A DNA stretch of 32,000 nt from an uncultured Erysipelotrichaceae bacterium (GTDB taxonomy: Bacteria; Bacillota_I; Bacilli_A; Erysipelotrichales; Erysipelotrichaceae). A program made the translations under genes and the position numbers. The notes under the pieces were generated by a model. That model saw nothing but the letters and a program-made list of their open reading frames with translations, was not told where the DNA came from and ran no database searches. Of the stretch, positions 24,920-32,000 are shown piece after piece; position 1 is the first letter of the stretch; the number at the start of each line of letters is the position of its first letter. The stretch lies in contig CAYNZZ010000007.1 of the NCBI GenBank assembly GCA_964401865.1, forward strand, positions 35,162 to 67,161, given 5' to 3'.

Positions 24920-26071
24920 ATGAGAGAATGTCCAATATGTAAAAATAGAGATCCTGCTTACTTTTATACAGGAAGTAAGGGAGTATATTGTCGAAAATGT
25001 ATTAGATTCAAAAGAATACTGATTGAAGAAGATTATAAAGGCGAAGATTATATGATCACTGATGATTCTTATAAATATGAGTATCTTTTTCCTTTAACTC
25101 CTTATCAAAAAGAAGCCTCATTAAAATGTAAAGAAGCCAGTTTTAACAGCGATGTTTTATTAAATTGCGTATGTGGTGCTGGAAAAACAGAAATTGTAGT
25201 TGAAACAATAGCTGAATATTTACGATATAAAAAGAAAGTATGTTATGCCATAGCGAGAAAAGAAGTGGTTATCGAACTTGAGAAGAGATTTAAAGATCTA
25301 TTTAATAAAGCTAAGATTGTAGCAGTGTATGGAGGTCATAATAAAGAGCTTTATGGCGATATTGTCATATGCACCACTCATCAGTTGTATCGCTATCCCA
25401 ATACTTTTGATTTACTTATTCTCGATGAAGTTGACGCTTTTCCGTTTAAAGGCGACGAGGTTTTACATGCGATCGCCAAGACATCATGCATTGGACATAT
25501 CATTTATTCAACGGCGACAATTGATGAATATTTAAAGAAACTATTGCAGGAAAACAGGGTAAAAGAGATTTCTCTTTTTGCAAGACCTCATCAAAAACCA
25601 TTGATTGTGCCTAGATTGATTTTTGGATTCAGACTTTATTTGTTTGCTTACCTTCTATTGATTTTAAAACATAGTACAAGACAGGTAATTGTGTTTGTTT
25701 CTTCAAAGAAAATGGCTAAATTATTGTATTTAATGTTTAGGAAAATTATTTCATCAACTTATGTATATAGCGATCTTGAACAAAGGCGCGAAAACATTAA
25801 TACTTTTAAAAATAAGAAGGTTAAAGTTATTTTTGCGACCACAGTGCTTGAAAGAGGAATCACGATTAAAGGGGTTAGTGTAGTGATTTTAAATCTGCAT
25901 GAGGGTGTTTTTGACAAAGCTAGTTTGATACAGATGTTGGGCAGGGTTGGCAGAGACTTCAATGATCCATATGGTGAAGCCTATATTTTGACCAATAAAT
26001 TATCAAAGGATATAAAAGAATCTATTCAAACGATAAAAAAAGCTAATGAAAATGCGTTGTCTATACTGTGA
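24920..26071 (+). CDS. comFA: Competence helicase ComFA (DEAD/DEAH-box, N-terminal zinc finger)
   Basis: 383 aa. It has an N-terminal 4-Cys finger (CPICKN...CRKC), Walker A CGAGKTE, LILDEVD and QMLGRVGR. It is followed by comFC with a 26-nt overlap. Confidence 0.8.
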   Translation: MRECPICKNRDPAYFYTGSKGVYCRKCIRFKRILIEEDYKGEDYMITDDSYKYEYLFPLTPYQKEASLKCKEASFNSDVLLNCVCGAGKTEIVVETIAEYLRYKKKVCYAIARKEVVIELEKRFKDLFNKAKIVAVYGGHNKELYGDIVICTTHQLYRYPNTFDLLILDEVDAFPFKGDEVLHAIAKTSCIGHIIYSTATIDEYLKKLLQENRVKEISLFARPHQKPLIVPRLIFGFRLYLFAYLLLILKHSTRQVIVFVSSKKMAKLLYLMFRKIISSTYVYSDLEQRRENINTFKNKKVKVIFATTVLERGITIKGVSVVILNLHEGVFDKASLIQMLGRVGRDFNDPYGEAYILTNKLSKDIKESIQTIKKANENALSIL

Positions 26072-26645
26072 TGAGAAAATAGATAAGATATTTTTATCTT
26101 CTTTGTGGCGTGATGATTTATTATGTGTCAAATGTCGAAAAAAATTAAAACCGAAACTGAGAATAAAGAGATTTAATGGTTTGAAAGTCTATTATTTATA
26201 CGATTATGATGATTTTTTTAAAAGTGTTTTAATGCAATATAAAGAAGTATGTGATGAAGCACTAAAAGAAATATTCATATATCGTTACGATTATCTGTTT
26301 AAGTGTCTGTTTAAAAAATATGAAATATTATATGTTCCCAGTAGTAAAGAAAAGAATATTGAACGAGGATTTTTACCAATGGCGGAAATAATGAAACAAT
26401 ATAAGGCTAAGAAATATGCTGAGGTATATATGAAAGAAGAATTAGTGCAAGCTCATAAGCCTCTACATGAAAGGCAAAAGATGAAGAATAACTATTATCT
26501 TATAAAAGAGGTCAAAGAAAATGATTATATTATGGTGGTTGACGATGTCTTCACTACCGGTTCATCTATAACAGGTGCTTTTAATGCTTTAGGTAATAAA
26601 AGTAAACATATCATAGTATTTGTTTTGGCTATGGTGAATAAATAA
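26046..26645 (+). CDS. comFC: ComFC (phosphoribosyltransferase-domain competence protein)
   Basis: 199 aa. It has an N-terminal CLYCDE...CVKCRK finger and the PRPP-binding loop IMVVDDVFTTGSS. Confidence 0.8.
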   Translation: MKMRCLYCDEKIDKIFLSSLWRDDLLCVKCRKKLKPKLRIKRFNGLKVYYLYDYDDFFKSVLMQYKEVCDEALKEIFIYRYDYLFKCLFKKYEILYVPSSKEKNIERGFLPMAEIMKQYKAKKYAEVYMKEELVQAHKPLHERQKMKNNYYLIKEVKENDYIMVVDDVFTTGSSITGAFNALGNKSKHIIVFVLAMVNK

Positions 26646-26712
26646 AAGTATGGTTTGCATCATAAATAATTGGATATTAAGTGTTTAGACTTCGATTGTA
26701 TAGTATATTGTA

Positions 26713-26721
26713 TGTTATAAT
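26713..26721 (+). promoter_or_regulatory. Extended -10 element (TGTTATAAT) upstream of secA
   Basis: TGTTATAAT at 26713..26721, 27 nt before the secA ATG. There is no convincing -35. Confidence 0.4.
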
Positions 26722-26747
26722 AAATGATAATTGATTGGAGGATGGTT

Positions 26748-29087
26748 ATGGGAATTATAGATCGTCTATTTAATACAGATAAAAAAATATTAGCTGAGGT
26801 TGAAAAAAGTGTAAGACCAACAGAACAATTTTCTAAACAAATGGAAAGTTTGAGTGATGATGAATTAAGAGCTAAAACTGACGAATTTAGAAACCGTTTA
26901 AAGAATGGTGAAACACTTGATGATATAATGTGCGAAGCGTTTGCAGTAGCAAGAGAAGCTGCCAGAAGAGTTATTGGAGAATATCCATATTTTTGTCAGC
27001 TAGAAGGTGCTTGCGTTTTGCATCGTGGCGATATCGCTGAAATGAAAACCGGTGAAGGAAAGACGCTTACTTCAGTAATGGCTGTTTATTTAAATGCTTT
27101 GGAAGGTAAAGGCGTTCATGTAATTACAGTTAATGAATACCTAGCGCAAAGAGACTCGGAATGGATGGGACAAATTCATCGTTTCTTAGGTTTGACAGTT
27201 GGCTTGAATTTAAGACAGTTGACGCCCGCTCAAAAAAGACAGGCTTACTTATGTGATGTAACATATACTACTAATGCTGAAGTTGGTTTTGACTATCTTC
27301 GTGACAATATGGTTACAAGAGTAGAGGATAGAGTTCTGAGACCACTTAACTGTGCTTTTGTCGATGAAGTTGACTCAATTTTGATTGATGAATCACGAAC
27401 GCCACTTATTATTTCTGGTGGTGAGAGAAAAACTGCTAATCAATATCTTAATGCCGATCGTTTTGTTAAGAGGCTGAAAGAAAATGAAGACTATACAATA
27501 GATATCAAGGGCAAGAATATTCAACTTACCGAAGAAGGAATTGCCAAGGGTGAAAAACAGTTTGGAGTTGAAAACTTATATGATATTTCAAATACCAATC
27601 TAGTTCATCATATCAATCAAGCATTAAAAGCTAACTATATCATGCACAATGATGTTGAATATGTGGTTGAAGAAGGCGAGGTTATTATTGTCGATCAAAA
27701 CACTGGTCGTAAGATGCCGGGCAGAGAATATTCTGATGGACTTCATCAGGCTATCCAGGCTAAAGAGGGTGTTCAAATTCGTCAGGAAACGACTACTCTG
27801 GCAACGATTACATATCAGAATTTCTTTAGATTGTATGCAAAATTAGCTGGTATGACTGGTACTGCCAAGACTGAAGAAGAAGAGTTCTTGTCTATTTACA
27901 ATATGCGTGTAGTAGAGATACCTACTCATCGCCCAATCGCCAGAATTGATTATCCAGATTTAGTTTTTGGCACGAAGAAAGCTAAATATGAAGCTTTGGT
28001 TCAGGAAGTTTGTGAGTTACATGAAAAAGGACAGCCAGTTTTAGTTGGTACCATTTCAGTTGAAACGTCAGAATTATTATCACGTATGTTAAAAGCTAAA
28101 AGAATTAGACATGAAGTGTTAAATGCTAAAAATCATGCTCGTGAAGCCGATATTATAGCTAATGCAGGGAAAGAAGGTTCGGTTACAATCGCTACAAATA
28201 TGGCAGGTCGTGGTACCGATATTAAACTTACCGAAGCATCAAGAGAGTTAGGCGGTCTTGCGGTAATTGGTTCTGAAAGACATGAGTCAAGACGTATTGA
28301 TAATCAGTTGAGAGGACGTTCTGGCCGTCAAGGTGATCCCGGTTTTTCTAGATTCTATGTTTCACTTGAAGATGAATTGATGTTACGTTTTGGAAGCGAG
28401 AAGATTCAAGGGCTATTTACGCAGATGGGAGATGCCCCTATTGAAGTTAAGATGGTGACTAAGGCAATTTCAACCGCTCAAAAGAAGGTTGAAGGCTTGA
28501 ACTTTGATATTCGTAAATCATTATTAGATTATGATGACGTTCTTCGCCAACAAAGAGAAACAATGTATGCACAAAGAAATTATGTATTAGAAAATGATGA
28601 TGTGCATAGTCTTGTATATGATATGTTTAAACGAGTAATCGGTAATGTAGTTATGTCGTTTGTGTCAAATGATGGCAAGCATGAAACAGTTGATGAAGAA
28701 GGACTGGTTGAAAGATTAAAGAAGATTTCGCCTGAACTTTCTATCGCTGTTGATGATATTAAAGATAAGAGTGTTGAAGACATTAAGGATAGATGTCTTG
28801 ATATCGTTTGGAATGAATACGAAAATAAGATTAAACCAGTAAAAGAACAGATTTTACCGCAAGAAAAAGTTATGGTTTTAAGAGTTATTGATCGCGCCTG
28901 GGTAAACCAAATTGATATTATGTCTAAATTAAGAGAAGGTATTCACTTACGTAGCTATGCACAGAATAATCCATTGCAGGCTTACGTTGAAGAAGGATAT
29001 GAGTTATTCGATGAAATGATGAATACTATTTCCAAGGAAGTTGTTGGCTTCTGTATGAATGTAAGAATTATTATTAAACAAAAATAA
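26748..29087 (+). CDS. secA: Preprotein translocase ATPase SecA (no C-terminal zinc-finger tail)
   Basis: I placed the start at 26748 (MGIIDRLFN, GGAGG Shine-Dalgarno). Motifs MKTGEGKTL, DEVDSILIDE, TNMAGRGTDI and GRSGRQGDPG are present. The protein ends at ...VVGFCMNVRIIIKQK, without the Cys-rich CTD. Confidence 0.96.
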   Translation: MGIIDRLFNTDKKILAEVEKSVRPTEQFSKQMESLSDDELRAKTDEFRNRLKNGETLDDIMCEAFAVAREAARRVIGEYPYFCQLEGACVLHRGDIAEMKTGEGKTLTSVMAVYLNALEGKGVHVITVNEYLAQRDSEWMGQIHRFLGLTVGLNLRQLTPAQKRQAYLCDVTYTTNAEVGFDYLRDNMVTRVEDRVLRPLNCAFVDEVDSILIDESRTPLIISGGERKTANQYLNADRFVKRLKENEDYTIDIKGKNIQLTEEGIAKGEKQFGVENLYDISNTNLVHHINQALKANYIMHNDVEYVVEEGEVIIVDQNTGRKMPGREYSDGLHQAIQAKEGVQIRQETTTLATITYQNFFRLYAKLAGMTGTAKTEEEEFLSIYNMRVVEIPTHRPIARIDYPDLVFGTKKAKYEALVQEVCELHEKGQPVLVGTISVETSELLSRMLKAKRIRHEVLNAKNHAREADIIANAGKEGSVTIATNMAGRGTDIKLTEASRELGGLAVIGSERHESRRIDNQLRGRSGRQGDPGFSRFYVSLEDELMLRFGSEKIQGLFTQMGDAPIEVKMVTKAISTAQKKVEGLNFDIRKSLLDYDDVLRQQRETMYAQRNYVLENDDVHSLVYDMFKRVIGNVVMSFVSNDGKHETVDEEGLVERLKKISPELSIAVDDIKDKSVEDIKDRCLDIVWNEYENKIKPVKEQILPQEKVMVLRVIDRAWVNQIDIMSKLREGIHLRSYAQNNPLQAYVEEGYELFDEMMNTISKEVVGFCMNVRIIIKQK

Positions 29088-29090
29088 ATT

Positions 29091-30189
29091 ATGGAAATAT
29101 TTGAGATTAAACAAAGCCTAAACGCTTCTATTCAGAAGTTAAAAGATTTAGGCGATTCACTTTGACTTAGATAAGTTAAGTAATAAAATTGATGAATTAG
29201 CTAGTGAACAGGAAAATCCTAATTTTTGGGATGATACTAAAAAAGCTCAAAATATCATCAAGGAATACAACACTTTGAAAGAGTTGAAAGAAAAGTATTA
29301 TCAAAATAAAGCTTCGCTTGAAGATGTTTTGTCTTTGGCTGAAGAACTGAATAAAAGCTATGATGAAGATATGTTCGAGCTTTTAAATGATGAGTATGAA
29401 AGAGCCAATCAAAGTTTTGAAGAATATGAAATAAAAGTATTGCTTTCAAACGATTACGATCACTCTAATGCTATTTTAGAAATTCATCCAGGTGCTGGCG
29501 GAACTGAATCACAGGATTGGGCAATGATGCTATTTAGAATGTATCAAAGATATGCGCAGAAAAATGGTTTCGGCTTTGAGGTTGTCGATTATCAGGATGG
29601 TGATGAAGCCGGAATGAAATCATGCAGTGTCATAATTAAGGGTGATTTGGCATATGGCTATTTAAAAGGTGAAACCGGTGTTCATCGTTTGGTTAGAATA
29701 TCGCCATTTGATGCTTCAGGAAGAAGACATACATCTTTTGCATCAGTGGAAATAACACCTGAGTTTAATGATGAAGTAAAAATAGAAATTGACGAAAAAG
29801 ATCTCGAAGTAGATACTATGCGTTCTTCAGGTGCTGGCGGTCAACATATCAATAAGACTGACAGTGCGGTTAGAATTAAGCACATACCTACTGGTATTGT
29901 AGTTTTTTCACAAACTGAGCGTTCACAGATATTAAATAGAGAAAGATGTATGCAAACTTTAAAAAGTAAGTTATATCAAAGAGCTATTGCCGAAAATGAA
30001 GCTAAGATGAAAGAACTCAAGGGCGAACAAAAGTCTATTGAATGGGGTTCACAAATAAGGTCATATGTCTTCTGTCCTTATACCATGGTCAAGGATCACC
30101 GTACCTTAAAAGAAGAAGGTAATGTAGAAAAAGTCATGGATGGCGAAATTCAAGAATTCTTATTTAGCTATTTAAAGAGTCAAATATAG
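29091..30189 (+). CDS. prfB: Peptide chain release factor 2, requiring a programmed +1 frameshift (frame 0 at 29091..29162, then 29164..30189)
   Basis: Frame 0 reads MEIFEIKQSLNASIQKLKDLGDSL and then an in-frame TGA at 29163. Shifting +1 at CTT_TGA_C continues DLDKLSNKIDELASEQENPNFWDD..., joining the track ORF that begins at 29275. The SPF motif (RISPFD) and GGQ motif (SGAGGQHINK) are present. Confidence 0.93.
29151..29166 (+). promoter_or_regulatory. RF2 autoregulatory +1 frameshift site
   Basis: GGCGATTCA CTT TGA C. This is the canonical CUU UGA C slippery/stop context; the upstream Shine-Dalgarno-like element is weak (AGGCGA). Confidence 0.85.
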
Positions 30190-30276
30190 TCTTAAAACTC
30201 GTTATGATTATCATTTTATGTTAATATGGCGAGTTTTTATATTATGTGATAGATGAATTAGTAAAATGGTTGACTA

Positions 30277-30305
30277 TTGAATAATTAATGATGTTTCTTT
30301 ATAAT
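30277..30305 (+). promoter_or_regulatory. Putative sigma-A promoter of the lysS leader
   Basis: TTGAAT (30277..30282), a 17-nt spacer, then TATAAT (30300..30305). Confidence 0.55.
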
Positions 30306-30311
30306 ATAAAC

Positions 30312-30521
30312 AATCACAATGAAAAGAAGAGTAGTTTATCAGATGCTGTTAGAGAGTTCTACACTATGGTGAAAGTAGAAAGAGATATGATAAATGAAGA
30401 AAGCCTTGGAGTGAAACGTAAGTCTGCGTTAAAGATAATTGAGATGTCCATAATATAGTATTGTGGGAATTAAGGTGGTACCGCGTGAGATATTGCGTCC
30501 TTAAGATAGGGACGTTTTTTT
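30312..30521 (+). promoter_or_regulatory. T-box leader (tRNA-Lys sensing) controlling lysS
   Basis: Stem I elements are present: the K-turn/GA motif AATGAAAAGAAGAGTAG, an AGAGAG bulge, and the distal loop TGGTGAAAG flanked by TTCTAC/GTAGAA. The helix TTTATCA/TGATAAA closes over the specifier loop ...TGAAGAAAGC, which contains AAA/AAG (30400..30403). The T-box AATTAAGGTGGTACCGCG is at 30468..30485. The antiterminator pairing TTAAGG (30470..30475) with CCTTAA (30499..30504) competes with the terminator. Confidence 0.9.
30496..30521 (+). terminator. T-box leader intrinsic terminator
   Basis: CGTCCTT-AAGAT-AGGGACG forms a 7-bp stem including one G-U pair, followed by T7. It ends 19 nt before the lysS ATG. 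Confidence 0.85.
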
Positions 30522-30539
30522 ATTTATAAAGGAGTAAAT

Positions 30540-32000
30540 ATGGAAGAGAAGTTAAATGATCAACAGTTAGTTCGTCGTCAAAAGATGGAGGAATTAAGAG
30601 AGAAAGGCATTGATCCATTTGGACAAGCATTTAAAAGAGATGCTAATTCGGCTAGTTTAAAAGCTGAATTTGGTAATTTCAGTAAAGAAGAACTGGAAGA
30701 AAAAAATGTAGTTAAGAGCGTCGCTGGAAGAATTATGTCTAAAAGAAGAATGGGTAAATTAGGCTTTATGCATCTTCAAGATAAAGATGGACAAATTCAA
30801 GTTGTTGTTTCTAAAAATATAATAGGCGATGAAGTTTATGAAATTTTTAAAGCCAGTGATATAGGCGATATAGTTGGAATTAAGGGAAACGTTGTCAAGA
30901 CTGATTCTGGAGAATTATCTATTAAAGCAATTGAATATACACATTTGACTAAGGCGCTTAGACCATTACCTGAAAAATACCATGGTTTGCAAGATGTCGA
31001 GGAGAGATACCGCCGTCGTTATCTTGATTTAATCATGAATGAAGATGCAAGAAGAATTGCTTTTTTAAGACCTAAGATTATACGCGCAATTCAAAAATAT
31101 CTAGACGGCTTAGGACTAGTAGAGGTGGAGACTCCGGTGTTGCAAGGCATATTGGGTGGAGCAGCTGCTCGTCCATTTGTAACTCATCACAATGCTCTGG
31201 ATAGAGATTACTACCTTCGAATTGCAACGGAATTGGCGTTGAAGAGATTGATTGTCGGTGGTATGGAAGGTGTTTATGAAATTGGTCGTCTTTTCAGAAA
31301 TGAAGGAATGGATACTAAACATAATCCGGAATTTACGACTGTTGAGGCATATGTTGCATATTCAGATCTATATGGCATGATGGAATTATGCGAAGGCTTA
31401 TTTAGATCTGTTGCCGAGGAAATAGGTAAAGAAAAAGTTATGGTTGGCGATGTAGAAGTCAACTTAAATCAAGAATTTAAGCGTGTAAATATGACAGATG
31501 CTGCAAGTGCCAAAGTTGGTATTGATCTTAGAAAGGCTACTTTAGAAGAAGCTGAAGAAGTTGCGAAAGCTAATCATATTGAACTTGAGAAACACGAACA
31601 TACAATCGGACATATTATTAATAAATTATTTGAGGAATTATGCGAAAAGGATCTTGTTCAACCAACATTTGTATATGGTCATCCGATTGAAATTTCTCCA
31701 CTAGCCAAAAAAGACCCGACAGATCCTCGCTTTACTCAACGTTTTGAAATGTATATCTGCGGAACGGAATATGCTAACGCATTTACGGAATTGAACGACC
31801 CAATCGATCAAAAAGAACGCTTTGAAAATCAATTGAAGTTAAAAGAATTAGGTGATGATGAAGCCAGTGAGATGGATATTGATTATGTTGAAGCTCTTGA
31901 ATATGGTTTGCCTCCAACGGGTGGTATCGGTATTGGAATTGATAGAACTGTAATGTTATTTGCAGAAGTGGAATCAATTAGAGAAGTATTGTTGTTCCCG
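30540..32000 (+). CDS. lysS: Lysine--tRNA ligase, class II (3' end beyond the window)
   Basis: Absent from the ORF track because there is no stop in the window. It is open from the ATG at 30540 (AAAGGAG Shine-Dalgarno) to the window end, 487 codons. It starts MEEKLNDQQLVRRQKMEELREKGIDPFG and carries the class II motifs FRNEGMDTKHNPEFT and GGIGIGIDR. Confidence 0.95.
   Translation, partial: MEEKLNDQQLVRRQKMEELREKGIDPFGQAFKRDANSASLKAEFGNFSKEELEEKNVVKSVAGRIMSKRRMGKLGFMHLQDKDGQIQVVVSKNIIGDEVYEIFKASDIGDIVGIKGNVVKTDSGELSIKAIEYTHLTKALRPLPEKYHGLQDVEERYRRRYLDLIMNEDARRIAFLRPKIIRAIQKYLDGLGLVEVETPVLQGILGGAAARPFVTHHNALDRDYYLRIATELALKRLIVGGMEGVYEIGRLFRNEGMDTKHNPEFTTVEAYVAYSDLYGMMELCEGLFRSVAEEIGKEKVMVGDVEVNLNQEFKRVNMTDAASAKVGIDLRKATLEEAEEVAKANHIELEKHEHTIGHIINKLFEELCEKDLVQPTFVYGHPIEISPLAKKDPTDPRFTQRFEMYICGTEYANAFTELNDPIDQKERFENQLKLKELGDDEASEMDIDYVEALEYGLPPTGGIGIGIDRTVMLFAEVESIREVLLFP

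Noticed and set aside
6764-26747. N-terminally extended starts proposed by the ORF track for several genes: 6764, 7890, 8869, 9738, 17130, 20216, 21774 and 26724.
   Set aside because: In each case an internal ATG gives the family-typical N-terminus. Most also gain a properly spaced Shine-Dalgarno, and several no longer overlap the upstream gene. The revised starts are 6776, 7947 (no Shine-Dalgarno there), 8938, 9765, 17094, 20174, 21780 and 26748.
29275-30189. The track ORF starting at 29275 as an independent, N-terminally truncated RF2 gene or pseudogene.
   Set aside because: The frame is open back to 29164 and joins the 24-codon frame-0 ORF from 29091 through the canonical CTT TGA C +1 frameshift. 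This is the normal autoregulated prfB, not a pseudogene.
30196-30236. A possible prfB terminator: AAACTCG ... CGAGTTT followed by a T run.
   Set aside because: The 7-bp stem encloses a loop of about 27 nt, which is unfavourable. It may still contribute to termination, but I would not annotate it without folding-energy calculation.
30397-30399. GAA (Glu) as the T-box specifier codon.
   Set aside because: It lies in the same loop, but the downstream gene is lysS, and AAA/AAG occupy the position adjacent to the base helix where the specifier normally sits. I keep it as a caveat in the T-box finding.
1779-31977. About 20 short ORFs (60-84 aa) from the six-frame track lie inside or antisense to larger genes. 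They include 1779..1970-, 1814..2014+, 2447..2650+, 5236..5427-, 8737..8922-, 13760..14008-, 15907..16089+, 16308..16517+, 16909..17163+, 17201..17383+, 19221..19445+ and 20497..20739+. The rest are 24253..24444+, 25329..25535+, 25759..25962-, 27649..27846+, 28580..28783-, 29258..29449-, 31116..31322-, 31274..31462- and 31783..31977-.
   Set aside because: All are fully embedded in well-supported genes with strong motifs. They have low-complexity or odd composition and no Shine-Dalgarno. They are the shadow ORFs expected in AT-rich DNA.

Overview
AT-rich (judged by eye), tightly packed chromosomal segment of a low-GC Firmicute; the gene content and order look Bacilli/Erysipelotrichia-like. TGA is a stop codon and prfB carries its TGA-dependent frameshift, so this is not a Mycoplasma-type code. 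I found no rRNA, tRNA, CRISPR array, transposase, integrase or phage gene. Left to right: a partial hsp20 behind a CIRCE operator; a tightly coupled rsmG / ParB-like paralog / parA / parB / M28 peptidase operon; a MATE exporter; a DUF4870 membrane protein; TelA/YaaN; an M19 dipeptidase; a HAD phosphatase; and an atypical mgl-type sugar ABC operon with cre sites. A small orphan gene follows. Then comes a long minus-strand block: a DUF1113 membrane protein, the CobB sirtuin and a GNAT; then DUF362, a Udk-like kinase and an ECF S-component; then a PLC-like zinc hydrolase and a UMF1 MFS transporter. The right end holds an aldo-keto reductase coupled to an IspD/TarI-like cytidylyltransferase, a second MATE, comFA-comFC, secA, frameshifted prfB, and a Lys T-box leader with lysS running off the right edge. 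The window is mostly housekeeping, and I do not see a defence island or mobile element. The stretches most worth follow-up are four. (1) The mgl transporter has a binding protein that is circularly permuted relative to E. coli MglB. (2) Its permease carries a ~215-225 aa N-terminal coiled-coil extension. (3) The DUF362 / kinase / ECF S-component operon is uncharacterised. (4) The ParB paralog has lost the GERR CTP-binding motif. All functional calls rest on motif recognition and remembered homologs; no database search was possible.
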